Shown in pieces: positions 26,395 through 39,053 of a DNA stretch of 64,000 nucleotides. The notes beneath the pieces are model-generated. The model was not told the DNA's origin. It ran no database searches and saw only the letters and a program-made list of their open reading frames with translations. The DNA lies in contig NC_087250.1 in the NCBI RefSeq assembly GCF_037042905.1, positions 10,790,001-10,854,000 on the forward strand. The letters run 5' to 3'. Every line of letters starts with the position of its first letter. Position 1 is the stretch's first letter. This DNA comes from Lytechinus pictus (lineage: Eukaryota). The translations under genes and the position numbers were made by a program.

Positions 26395-27501
26395 CTAAAA
26401 TACACAAACAAAATAGCCAATGGCGCAGGTCATGTTGGTCATTCTTATTCGAAGGATAATTTTTTTTTTGAAAAGTAACGAAAGTGTAATCTAGGGCTTA
26501 AACTATTATATTAATTCTAGGACCCATATAAGGAGCCATGAAATTGTAAGTGTAAATCATTGCAATGAATCAATAATTATCTCCTGTTTTAAACACGGTG
26601 TAGCACAAGGAAGATGACATTCGGCTCTATACCCTTTTCCCTCTTACTTGAAATCACATCCAAATTATTCAACAAATATTAGTTTGAATGTTTACAGCAA
26701 ACATTATATTCATATCCCTACTTATTCTTGAATATTTTTTTTTATGAAATCAGGTTGATTGGAATAACGTTCCCCAAGATCTTAAAAAAAAAAAAATGAT
26801 TGCCAACTGATTTAATACAGTAGATATTTATTGTTGATACTTAATATTATGTTATAAGCATGAATTAAATTATAATATTTGATTTGATCTATTGATAACA
26901 TTACAAGGTCGAAAATACTTCAAGACATAATATAATATGTACAACAAAATCATAGGTTTAAGGAACAAAATTCAATAAATAAAGTTACTTCAGATGACAT
27001 TTGTACTTTAAAGTAAAACGGAGGGTCTCACCGAAAATCAAATCTTGTACAAAAGGCAACCCCCTATGTTTCATTGCATAATTATAACAAAGAAATAATG
27101 GGCCGTATTAATATATCAAATTTTTGTTTTAACAAATGAATACAAATAATTTTTGTACAATTTACCAAAACACTGATGGATCGTGTGAGAAAATATTTTG
27201 TTTTACAATATTAGAGACAGAGGGGGGGGGGGGGGGGGGGTGAGGTGGATAAGAGAAGGGGGACAGAGGAGTGCAGTGTAAACTCATTAGAAAGAAGTCG
27301 GGCAGCAAGAACAGGTACTTTGGCCAATTGCAATTTTAAGAAGAAAGCAAAATATAGGACATAATGACATCAGTGAGAATCATGTATGCATATGTCTAGT
27401 TTTCTTTTCTTATCTTGATATATTTTGTTTCAGTAAAAATCACTCTGAGGGAACACAGCAGTACTGATCGCGTGTACTTTCGTTCAGTATGAATAGATAT
27501 A

Positions 27502-28267
27502 CAGTGCGTCTTTCAAAAAACGAAACCGAGATTTAGCGATGATTTTATCATAACTTAATCATAAACACAATAGACAAATGACCTACCAATGGTAAAGCTT
27601 AGAATCTCATTTTTCATCTGAATATAGTTAGATTATTCCTTATTCATGCATGAGTGAGCAAAACAATTTGAAGAAAGGATACCAAAAAATTATATGGCGG
27701 GGGTTATCTGAATTTCAAAAAGAAAATCACATGCCTAAAGAGTTTAATATCTGCTTTTGTTCCCTCGAAACAATGCTTGAATTCCCATAATTTCATTAAA
27801 TAAACGTGTTTTCACCAGTTTCCCACAGAAGCAATCGCACGGTTAACAAAAGACTTAATGCATGGCTGATCGTCAACAAAACGGAGTGTCGAGTGAGTCT
27901 GAAAGCTATCCTGTAACACATCTTCATTTTTTGAAATTATTGAAATTCAAGCCTTATTTCAAATAACCAAAACTTTGTTATTTCTTTACCATTTTCTGGA
28001 AATGAGGTTTCAAATTAAAGAGCAGTGATTGAACTTGTTAAAAACTTGGTTTTATTTTTGAAACCCAGATACAGCCCGCCAAGTGAATTTTTGATATCCC
28101 CTCTTAAAATTGCTCACTCATGCGAGAATGAGAAATAATCTAAGTAATTTCAGATGAAAGAAGAGATTCTAAGCTTTACAATGGTAGGTCATTTGTCTAT
28201 TGTGTTCATGATAAAGTTATGATAAATCATCGATAAATCTCGGTTTCGTTTTTTGTAGGTCGCACTG
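27502..28267. mobile_element. Tc1/mariner-type MITE with TA TSD and long TIRs
   Basis: TA|CAGTGCGTC..caaaaaacgaaaccgagattta ... taaatctcggtttcgttttttg..tcGCACTG|TA; arms extend about 220 bp. It splits a copy of the 1790-2780 repeat family. Confidence 0.88.
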
Positions 28268-28939
28268 TAGAACATCATTTCCATATGAAAATCATGTTTA
28301 GTATCCTGCGTTAATTAATATTCTATATCTAATTGAAATAACAATTTAGTTATTCCCCTTATTGATTAGAATCTGAAACATTAAGATCCATATCAGTAAA
28401 CCCTCTCAATATCATAATTTATTCAGATTTTAAAATTGTTCAATAAGAAACTGGGCAATGGCGTTATTTACATTATGAATTATATCATTTGTTTGTATCT
28501 TACAGAAAATATAAGTCATTTTTCTTTGTAATTTACTGAGTCGTTTTAGTCAATCGCCTGATAAGGAAGACATAACGTACACAAATGTATCTAAATATGA
28601 AATAATTATGATTTCATGTAATAATGTAAGGAAAAAGAAAGTGACGATGTGACATCATCGGCCCACATAATGAATATCTATGATAACGGGCATATAACTA
28701 GTTTCAAATACACTTTTTAGTTATTTTCTTCTTTTTCGTTCTCCCTTTTTTAGTTTCCCTTTTTCCTCTCTTCCGATTGTTTCCTTCACCTTTTTTTTTA
28801 TTCGTTGCTACTTTAAATATAGTAGGCATACGTTCTTAGAATAGAAAAGAAATGTTGTGTTGTATTGGTATATCCTTTCCTCTTTCTGACTAATCATGAC
28901 ATTTTCTATTTCCTCAGGCTTAAAATAAATAATTTTCTT

Positions 28940-28976
<37 letters not shown>

Positions 28977-29042
28977 TAGAGTGAAATACTTCACTTTAAG
29001 AGGGTATAGTTTTATCAAGAATAATGTATTCATTTAAATAAC

Positions 29043-29209
29043 CTTGATCTGATTAGGCTCTTCATTATGAATATCGTTGGTCATCTCCATTCTATGATCA
29101 CTATCTATATAGAACACCATTTGCCTGCAGTGAAAAGTTGGAATGAGGGACGGTTCTCTCTCCATTGACCACTTTGCCATTCGAACGTACAATCGGTGCA
29201 AAATGCCAT
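29043..29209 (-). CDS. ROCO gene exon, COR domain (DGILHRLYVRMAKWSMEREPSLIPTFHCRQMVFYIDSDHRMEMTNDIHNEEPNQIK)
   Basis: aaatag|AT acceptor and AAG|gttatt donor; 167 nt, phase 1-0. Splicing rebuilds FLPDGILHRLYVR, the conserved COR motif, across the intron. Confidence 0.9.
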
Positions 29210-29540
29210 CTATTTAACGATAAATTCAGATGTTATTGTTAACAAAGTGTATTTAGACAAATACAGATGATGACGAATTCAACATCTCAAATCATGAAAG
29301 AACAACTGTTTTATGTAATATCTAGTAATTAATAAAAATGTCACTAAATCTAAAATCCAAAAAATACAAGAAATTCATTTAATTGATTAACTGAATTTAC
29401 AGTTCTATTTTAGAGACAAGAAGTGTTGTCAGATGATATTCTCATTTAATACGTTTGCGATCGGAAACCTATGATTCATATAATGTTTAAATATTACCTA
29501 AGATACCACACTATAAAATACAGACATTAATATAATTAAC

Positions 29541-29652
29541 CTGGTAAGAAGTGATTGAAGTCGATGACAAATTCGATCTCATCTTCTCTCGTAAATTGTT
29601 GTATCTCATCAAGTATAGGGGAAGATCGGCATGGAACAAAAAAACTTCTCTC
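29541..29652 (-). CDS. ROCO gene exon, COR domain (ERSFFVPCRSSPILDEIQQFTREDEIEFVIDFNHFLP)
   Basis: aattgcag|GAG acceptor and CCAG|gttaat donor; 112 nt, phase 0-1. Contains 'FVPC' and the first half of 'FLP.G..HRL'. Confidence 0.9.
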
Positions 29653-30289
29653 CTGCAATTAAAGTTTGTTAAGACGATCTGATTAATATAGGGCAGTGAC
29701 CAAAATTAACATGAATTCTATTCATGTAGCCAATGATATTGCGCATTTCCTGAAATAAATATCACATTACAAATAAAATTATCATTATATAATTATAACA
29801 ATAAGGTACTAATCAGAGCTCTGTAGAACTCGATTTTTACATATAAAAAGGCAGCTTAAACAAAATAACAACAGTTGCACCCGTGTTTAAATGTGAGCGA
29901 GCAAGAGTGGCAACCCATTACGTGTCTTCAATATAATATATTCAAACATTCACCAATGCTTTTACTCTTACGTTGGGGTTAAAAACCTCTTCTTAATATG
30001 AATAAATTCAATCTTTAGTATGCTTCTTTATCTACTTCTCGAAATTACTATACCTATTTATTTACAAATGGGTCTACCAATGTTTCCATTCATGAGCAGC
30101 ATCATCAGGGAACAACACAGTGTTCCAAAGTGTGTGCCACAGTGTGCTCAAATAGTCAACCATGTGAAGGGCGCCCTAACCACCGAGTGAGACACAATGT
30201 CTTCATCCTGAACCCCACTAAGTTTTACCTTTCCTAATTGATTTTACTCGATGGTAGTAAAAAGGTAAGTTGATTCGTTGAATTAAGTT

Positions 30290-32821
30290 TCAGGACAATA
30301 GTGATTCATAATGAGCTCCAAAAGATTGCAGTACACCCCGGCAAAGATTAAATATTCCTCCGTCGGCAAGAAGGTTGGTGAGATATTCTGGTGTGAGTTT
30401 TTGGAGTTCAGTTGCTCTAGGTTCTGCCAAACCTCTTTCTGCTGTTTTACTGAAATCCATACTCACGTCCTCTCTGAATTGGCCAAATCTTTGGCAGCTT
30501 GCTGACACATTTACTGCAAATTCATGCCTACATTTGTCTCGGGTTTTTCACTTGAAAAGAGTATGGTACCTTGAATGAACTGTCTTGTTATTCAGCAGAT
30601 TATCATGAAGACGTGGGAGGGTGGTCACTAGATCATTCTGAGAACTGACTTATACCATGTTTAGGAATGCGAGGGTTATGCAGTATGTGAACCAGGCCAA
30701 TGCTTTCAATGCTATCATGATTAAATCAAACTCAAGGTACAGATGGCAGGCTTGAAAGAAGGTTGTTGGATTTGGGGTTCTGCAATGTTGCCTCATACTC
30801 GGGGATGTGAAAAAGAATCGGTGCAACAGTGTATCCCATCTCAGCAAAATCGGCGTTCATTGTAGAGGCTGTGCTTCTTTGTTTTGCCAGCAGATGCAAC
30901 CTCACACTCGAAGGTCTCCCACATGGATGACTTGTGTCCATCATTACTAGTCTTTTTTTCAGTGCCTGTAATGCTGCTATGATCACACTCTTCTAGAGGA
31001 AGGATATCAGGGTTGGCATGTATCAGTCAGACCGCAGGTCCCTATGCTAATGAGCAAAAGGCCAGATTCATCCAAATCATATCGTGGCTGAATCCTCCTC
31101 TTTGCAAAATCTCGTGATTCATGAGTTTTTCTTTCTCTAAGAATTTACCTGTTTTAATCTCAAGTCAAATGAAATATCAATGCACCATCAGATAGAATAA
31201 ATGTTACTCTTTCATATTGGTCATTTATTTTGTATACTATATTTTGATAAATAGGTGAATTTCTGGCCTGAAAATGCGCCTCAAAACTGAATTTTCTTCC
31301 TCTTTTTTTTTTTTTGCAAATTGTGCAAAATTTTTTATTTTGAGCCTCTATGATATATATATCAACATAAAGCTGAACTCCTGTACTTTCTCACAATGTC
31401 ACTCTTGATATGCGGCACCTTTTAATCGGGTCACGATCACACTTTTTCCATCAAGGTACAAGACGAGATTTCTGAAATTTTGTAGTAGCATGAAAACCAG
31501 AGTTCTGATTGGCTTTATAAGGTTCACAAAACAACAGGCGCGGGTAATTTGAGGAGATTACCACATGGGGAGTGTGACCTTCCCGTGAACCCAGGCACTG
31601 GAACCGTTGGAATTTACCATTGTGTGGTCTCTTTGACCAATCAGAGTGCAGTGTTCTTGTTTTCAAGCTGCTTTATGAACTTGGCCAACAAAAAGTGTGA
31701 TCTTGACCCGATTAAACCAATTCTTTTTTTGAAACCTATACCATTTTAAAGCATACATATTAAGCTTTATCATGATTTAAAAATCATTTGGGCTGAAACA
31801 ATAATAAAGTGTGAAAATAGCACCTTTTGTCAGGTGAAAATAATAATTTTTTAGCATAGTTTAGATCAAAAGTTTCACCTTCATTACAAAATCCTTCTAT
31901 AAATTCAAACACATTACCTGAAAGAATGATTCTCCTCCTTCACAATGATACCAAAATCATGAAATTCGATGCACAATTAGAGCAGCAATCACCGAATGAA
32001 AAGAGGTGTTTGGGTCTGCATCAAGCTCACTAAATATGCAAAACTTATCTTGTCATGAATATCACTTGGATGAAAGAAGCCACTTTTTGGGGACCTGCCT
32101 ACTGACTGGTATGCAATTAACTTTTTCACGAAGCCCTAACTTGACTTCATGCTGAAAAGGGGTAGAGATACTGCCTGCATCAATATACCTCACACGTGTG
32201 GCTCACACACAACAAGTGTAGAGGGATGTGCTGACTGTTAAGAGATGCTGCCATTTGATGTGTTTAGTAATGAGGAGTGGTAATAGTGATACATCACATG
32301 CGGTGATGAAGGGATACGTGCTGGAACTACTTGTGCATATATGTACTTACAAAGTCGATATAAAATTTTGGATAGTTGGCATGAGACAGGGAAAAGCAAA
32401 ACAAAAAAAAAGATCGAAAAGAAGAATGCTTAAACTCTTGATTGTTATGCACGTCATCTGTAGGAATCAATATTGTATTAATTCGCATTTTCGAGAAAAT
32501 ACGTAGATATTTGATTATATATGAATATAACATAAATGTCAACACTTATTTAATAAATGAATACCATAAATGGGTTCAGTGACCCCCATAACATAGGTTT
32601 AGACACCAATAATAGGCTCAGAGATGAAAAAAATACTGAGTTACGGCCCAAAACATGTATTTTTAGGCAATCCGGCGGCCATATTGGATTTTCGGGTTTA
32701 TCGGCCAGGGCCCCCTGGATTTCGCTTTTTTTTCTGATTATGGTTTCAGTGTGCACTAATTCATCAAACTAAGGTGTGATGAGCATGTTCTGAAAATGTC
32801 ACCCTCTACAGCCCACGTCTA
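30290..32821 (-). pseudogene. Decayed DDE transposase with a CxxH motif (hAT/P/MULE-related) and its element end, split by the 31024-32108 insertion
   Basis: Minus-strand fragments HIPLHLLCVSHTCE (32188-32230), KLGLREKVNCIHANPDILPL (continuous across the insertion), ACHLYLEFDLIMIALKALAWFTYCITLAFLNMV and RATELQKLTPE; many stops and frameshifts. Possible terminus TAGACGTGGGC at 32821. Confidence 0.55.
31024..32108 (+). mobile_element. Non-autonomous DNA transposon, copy A, 4-bp TSD GTAT
   Basis: GTAT|CAGTCAGACCGCAGGTCCC ... GGGACCTGCCTACTGACTG|GTAT; collinear with 54295-55376. Confidence 0.9.
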
Positions 32822-34660
32822 ATATTACCGATCCCAAACACGACATGGTGGAGGACCCGGATTTATAATTTAGAAATATTAAAATCATGGAGATCTTCGA
32901 GAAAAGACTGAGAAATGCTCTGATTAGAGCCAAAAGACAAATGAGATATCAGTTATTGTATTAGCACCGAACATAAAAATCACTGTTAGAACCTGAGCTA
33001 TGTATGATAAGAAGCACGATGACTCAAGACTACGTGCACATCTACGATAAACAAGGACAACTATGATTACCGCCAATAAAGAAGACATAGACAGATACCA
33101 TCGTCAACAAGGCCCCATCACCACTACGACAACAACATAAATCCTGAACTATAGAATGAACGACTCTTTCTCCGAATATATAAAACACTGGACATTACTT
33201 TAATTTTGCTATTCATTATACTCAATTGTAATCATTCTTTGGAGACACCTTCTTCATCTCTGATCGGAAAGTGAAACCATTTTTTTTTATTGTTCCACTG
33301 GCAAATGAGAGAGTGCGGGAGGCTATATTTATGTCCGTTACATGTGTATAATTGTATTTTAATTGTACACAGTTTCATTAATTTGTTTTAATAACATCAT
33401 CTTTATGGGAGTAACAACATTCCAAAATATTATTTTGACAAACACTGACTCTAACCAGATTCTTACTTCTGATTTAAGATTGACCATGATGAATATTAAA
33501 CCACCTTTATGACTTAAGACGAAGTCATTGACATTGACAATCCAAAAGAATACCGAACTAGATGTTTCATTATTTCTCAAACAACATTTGGGTGTCATGT
33601 AATCAAGATAGATGATATTTTGAAACAAGAATGTTTTATATTTCAATCAAAATCATGTTTATTTTGTATTTTGTTAATATTAACATGTAAAGCAAAGCAT
33701 TTTCCAGTGATAAATGATACTGGACTACACATATGCCAAATGTGTGAAGGAATATATTTTTAGTATTTCGTCGCTTTGTGTATAGTATGAGCTCAAATCA
33801 AGTTTGGATGTACTTGAAAATAACCATTACGATATCATCAGAGCAAATCAGGCGTGAAGTCATATAGAAGATTTGGTGCGTAATCCTATGACATATAATT
33901 ATATACTTCAGAATTTGAAGCGAAAATAGAAGCACATTTCCTTATGATGAGGACGCCCATCGCTCACAAATTGATTGAGTTATATAGTGTTGTTGTGGAA
34001 TGTATAGAAACTACTTTGGGGACATCACTATTGTCTGAAATGGTACAAGTGTGAACAGACCCTTAGAAAAATAATAAATCCTCAATACAAAGCAAGCGTT
34101 ACCCCCAATTCACCTGTTTTTATTACAATATCCAGACTAGTTGACAGGTACATGTACAATGACATTAAAATGGCATAAATGACCATTACTGAGAATTGCC
34201 CTGTGACCTATGAATCTCATGGAGATCATTAAAGTTTATTGTAACCTAATAACCAACAGGATAGGAATTATAGTAATAATTGAGTTTTATGTCGATTGCT
34301 TCATTTGAAGTACATAAAGGCCTTCCTAATCATGCGTAAAATCCGAATTCGGATGGAATAATTTCAAGAATCGCCACCCAATATATGTCTAAGAGTAATC
34401 AAGAAATACATCTGTAGATATGGAGATTTGAAGATTTTCAACAATCGAACTTAAAAAATCAATCAGACCGGGAAAAAATTCCGGGCCATATAAGAAAAAA
34501 GAGAATTAAATTGGACCGTATCCTTCACCCCAAAATGCAACATATAGGTAATTTTGAGATGTAAACGTATTTCATTTTTTAAACCCAATATCACTGCATA
34601 ACACAGAAGGGAATGTCATCCAAAGAAGGATAATCAAACAATCAAATAATTAAATCTCAC

Positions 34661-34834
34661 CACGTTCTCTCGACCTGGAATCTCGCAGATAAGATCAAAC
34701 TTCTTCATCATATCAATAATGCCATCGAGTTGCGCATGCTCTCCTTTAATTTTCGCCAATACAGCGTTGACGATGGCAATGTTAAGTATTCCATTGTTCT
34801 TCAGTTCCTTGTAATGTTTGCCCAGGCCAGTTTG
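34661..34834 (-). CDS. ROCO gene exon, COR domain (QTGLGKHYKELKNNGILNIAIVNAVLAKIKGEHAQLDGIIDMMKKFDLICEIPGRENV)
   Basis: ttgtttcgcag|CAA acceptor and GTG|gtgaga donor; 174 nt, phase 0-0. 'GIL' and 'M.KFDLI' COR motifs. Confidence 0.9.
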
Positions 34835-35329
34835 CTGCGAAACAATACAAATTATTTTCATTGTCAATTATTTTTTTACTTTAAGGTTTCCGATATGAGC
34901 CTTATTCATAATTGCAATAACAATTGTCGGCATGTAATGTCAATTTAGGTCTAATCTAAACTCCGGACAAAAGTTGCGGCTGAACTATGGACAGTTTATT
35001 GTGGCATACATCTCTTACACTGAAGAATCAACGTATTAGCCCACATGGCTCTCAAATCATTCTGAACTGTCTGAGAAGTATGAATAGGATAGTTGTCACC
35101 GTTAAAGAATTAGGAAGGAGCGCAGTAATCATTAGAAAAAAAAAAGTATTGGACATTTTGACGTGTATGACTTTTGTACAGAGTTAGACCGTGACCTAAG
35201 GTATACCCGACTTCAGAATACGGGCCATCGGATCAACCTAGATCAATGACTCTTGACTGGGATGAAAGTGGTTTGCAAGATGCGCTGGTTAGTGTACATG
35301 ACTGAAACTATTTTCTTTAACGCATGTGT

Positions 35330-35404
35330 TACTTTACCATTATTTTAATTTTGTGCCGAGTCACACGATGTGACTCGGCGCAAAATTAAAATAATGGTAA
35401 AGTA
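35330..35404. repeat. 75-bp hairpin (36-bp arms, 3-nt loop, one mismatch)
   Basis: tactttaccattattttaattttgtgccgagtcaca-cga-tgtgactcggcgcaaaattaaaataatggtaaagta. Confidence 0.9.
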
Positions 35405-35506
35405 CCAATAAATTATCTAACCAATGATTACACGATCGATTTCCCTTTCTGCAGTCCCCCTCTCTCCTTAAATTTGTCTATAAACTAAAGAAAATGAACA
35501 TCAAAC

Positions 35507-35689
35507 CATTAGTTCGTCGTCGATCACTGTTATGATGTCACCGATGATGGCATTCAGATACTGTGGCCTGAGTACGATGAGCTTACATCCTTGGTGATAT
35601 ATGATATGGCCTGTATCATGAAAGAACTGAAGAATTCTACCCTGCTCTTCTTTATTCTCGATTTGCCATGATTTCATTCTTGAGCGCGC
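35507..35689 (-). CDS. ROCO gene exon, COR domain (ARSRMKSWQIENKEEQGRILQFFHDTGHIIYHQGCKLIVLRPQYLNAIIGDIITVIDDELM)
   Basis: ttttcttttcaaatag|GCG acceptor and ATG|gtttga donor; 183 nt, phase 0-0. Carries the COR signature L.FFHD.G.I.Y ... V.L.P..L. Not in the ORF track. Confidence 0.9.
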
Positions 35690-36644
35690 CTATTTGAAAA
35701 GAAAATAACAAATCTTTCAAGCTGTAATTATCATGCATAACAATTTGCATGGGGAAAGGGGAATGCACAAAATAAAAATTTAATGTGTTTTTTTAATACT
35801 ATTAGTGGGATATAAATGAGCAATTGCAATTTATTGATTGACTTTATTTTACGTATTTCACATATGAACATAATATAAACACAATATAACATCAGAAATT
35901 TAACATGGTATATAAATCAGACAAGGCATCCTTCCTCTGAATTAAATAATAGAGTTATTAAAATGTCAAAGACAGTTTAGAATATGGTGAAATGTAAGAA
36001 AACTTGCTTGGAAAAGCAACGCTTGTTCAGTCTGCAGGATCCCCCAGAATATGATGTGAAGATGTATATTTCAAAAGGAGCTTATTCCACTTTTGTTTTT
36101 CTGTAAATCAAGTTTTTTAAATTCACCAATTGTTCATCGGCATGGATGGGCCTAGATTATTCATTCGAATCATAAGCTCAAGTATATCAGGCAATTCGTT
36201 TTTTAAACGCTGGAACATGAATATTCCAACATGAATGCATAAAAATCATACATTTTATGTATTTAATTTTTGTAAAATGAAGGATTTGTATGGGAATAAT
36301 ACCCACATTGACTGATCACCCTAATTCTTCGTTTTTGTATTTCAATTAAGGCTTTATTGCAGCTTCCTCAGATCAATATCCTATAAGTAAAATGTGATGC
36401 AAAGAGTAAGGTTTTAATTTAATTTAATAAATTTAATTAAATTAATTAAATTAATTTAATGAGATCAGGAATTGTTTAGTTTTTGTTTATAATACCATTT
36501 TTTCGAGAGGATAGTTTACATATATAATGACTTTGACATTTCCATGACAGTTCATTATCAATTAAACTCCGATAAATTTTTAGAATCAACTTACTGCATA
36601 TTGACATTACTACATAGTCAGGGAGATATATCAAAAAGTCACTA

Positions 36645-37116
36645 GGTGGTTTCAGACCGCCTCGAAGTTCGTCAGTTCCAGGTATTTTCTGATCGGGAAA
36701 TTTACCCAATCAGAAGATACCAGGTAATATTGGCAATGTGAAAGCATATTACGTGTAATATCCCCGAAAGAAAATACCCACTAAATAGTAGGTACTTTGA
36801 AAAATTACGAGAACTTTCGCGGGGATTTTTCCAAGTTCTTAGGTATTTTGGCAATATGAAAGCAATTTACGGGAACTTTTAGCCCAGCGTGTAGTTGGGC
36901 GCGGGCGCCTGGGTGGCTGATGAGCTAGTGGTTTTGAATCTCGCGCCTTGCTTGCTTATCAGACCATACTGCGCATGCTCCTAACTTCAGGAATTTATCC
37001 CGAAGGGTATGTTTCGGGGCGGTGTGAATGCAGGAATAATTAATGGGTGTTTTTAGCCTTAAAAAGTTCTCGTAATTTAACGGGGATTCTTATGATCGAG
37101 GCGGTTTGAAAATCCC
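36645..37116. mobile_element. PIF/Harbinger-like MITE
   Basis: GGTGGTTTCAGACCGCCTCGA ... TCGAGGCGGTTTGAAAATCCC TIRs; possible CTA TSD. Inserted in a decayed LINE. Confidence 0.7.
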
Positions 37117-37139
37117 TACTTAAAAGCATAACAATGATT

Positions 37140-37575
37140 TTGTTTACATTGAGTGATAGCAAGTCTGAAACGAATGCAATTCTCTATTCGAAATTATTAT
37201 TGAAGTTGAGTTACCGTGTGACAAAATAAGTTTGGAGACATCCGCGAATAAAAGAAATGACAGGCTATTTTGATGAATAATTAAAATCATTAATGAATAG
37301 TATGAATAGCAGTGGGCCAAAGGTGACCCTTGTGGTACAACACAAGAAATAATGTTTAATTTCTGATGTATAACCTTCTACTGATCAATCTGTTTTATGT
37401 TAGTTTAATAACTCGCGTACCATTCCAAGGCATTTGCACGCACACCATAACCATGATAATGTAAACACTTCTAAATCAAAATTTCATGATTGATCGTATC
37501 AAAGGCCTTGAAAAAATCAAGGAGTATACCAACACTGTACATGGAATTACCAATAGTATTTGCTACCTGATCAAA
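37140..37575 (-). mobile_element. Decayed CR1/L2-group LINE reverse transcriptase fragment (probably continues at ~36100-36400)
   Basis: Minus-strand remnants LLDFFKAFDTINHEIL, VVPQGS / PLLFILFIND and FADVS. Confidence 0.75.
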
Positions 37576-37941
37576 AATAGCATGAACTCGCGCACCATTC
37601 CACAATGAATGAAATTTCGAAAGCTAGTCGGGGTAGCCCGTTGTCTATACCATTTTAAAGAAATTGAAAAAAGAATATGGACCAAACGCCCGATTTTAGG
37701 AATGTATTCCACAAATGCTGCTGCGTCGTCTGAAAATCTTACAAAAGATTATTATTATTCAAAGAGCTCTTAAGAAGATTTTAGTGAGCAATGGAAAGCT
37801 CGAAATCACTTCGGACGATCTCTGTACAATAATATGTCAAAACGTGGCAAATATGCCAACCTTGATTTAAAGTTAGAAACAACAATGCAAGACAAAGAAA
37901 AAAAAAATTCTTCTTAAATTACAAAAATGACTAAATCTAAC

Positions 37942-38076
37942 CTCTTCCACAGTCATTGTATTTCGGTCGCTACCTTCTAATTCGCAAAGGAATGTATTCC
38001 ACATTATTGGAAAGCTGACTTTCATGTAGTCCGATGTAGAGATGATTACATCTATATGATGCTGGAGGCCATTCAC
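37942..38076 (-). CDS. ROCO gene exon, Roc/COR junction (VNGLQHHIDVIISTSDYMKVSFPIMWNTFLCELEGSDRNTMTVEE)
   Basis: aatcag|GTG acceptor and GAG|gttaga donor; 135 nt, phase 0-0. Contains the 'P..W..F' motif that opens COR domains. Confidence 0.85.
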
Positions 38077-39053
38077 CTGATTTTTTAATGAAAATGATAC
38101 AATTTAGTTATTTCTATTACTTTATGTGTTTGGGAAAAATGGTTTGTCAGTGCATAATTCATAAGAGATCACACGGAAATCTCGAGAGAGAGAGAAAGAG
38201 AGTGTGTAAGCAAAATAGAATGAACAATTTAAGATGAAGATGATGGGGCATAAACAATGCACTCTGCCACTTGTAACCTTGTGTTACCTTTAACCGTTGC
38301 CAGCTATAATGTCAATTACTCACTTCGTTCGCCTTCTTGGAAAATTGCATTACTTTTTTGTAATATTGGAATGTTTGATGATATCCAAGTATAGTCACAT
38401 TTCTGACCCTTTCTTGAACTGAATACAGGTATTAACTTGCAAGAAAAAAAAGATGCCCACTAACATAACAACTTCTTTAGTGATACACTGTTTTTTTATG
38501 GAATCACTAACTATGTAGCCTTAAACCATAGAGATGTATACTAATTACGCTAGAGTGTGGAGTCGCCATTCTTACAGGCATCAGTTAAAATAATAATAAT
38601 GATAATAATAAATCTCAACATTGTGAAAATATATCGATAATATGCATGAATAGTAAAGTGGTACGTATAGTCACATAACAAATCCCTATTGTTCTAAACA
38701 ATAGAAATATGAATTACGAAATATTATTTTTTTCTAAACAATAGTATATGAAATGTTAATAAAGTTATGACTATGGATCAATAAATATCAAATATGATTA
38801 TGAATTATGAAATGTAATTATGAAATATGAAATATGATAAATGGATCAGTAATTACGAAAAATTATATATGAATCGATTATTATGGAAATATGGATCAAT
38901 AATGAACACGTGACAATGAAGTCACGGACTGAGGAACAAATAACGTCATAGGATTGGGAAACATGATGACGACATCCAAAACAAAGTAGAGCAAAATAAT
39001 TGGTGGCAAGCATCGACAAGTGCAAAACGAAAGAAAAGTGAGGAAAATAAAAC

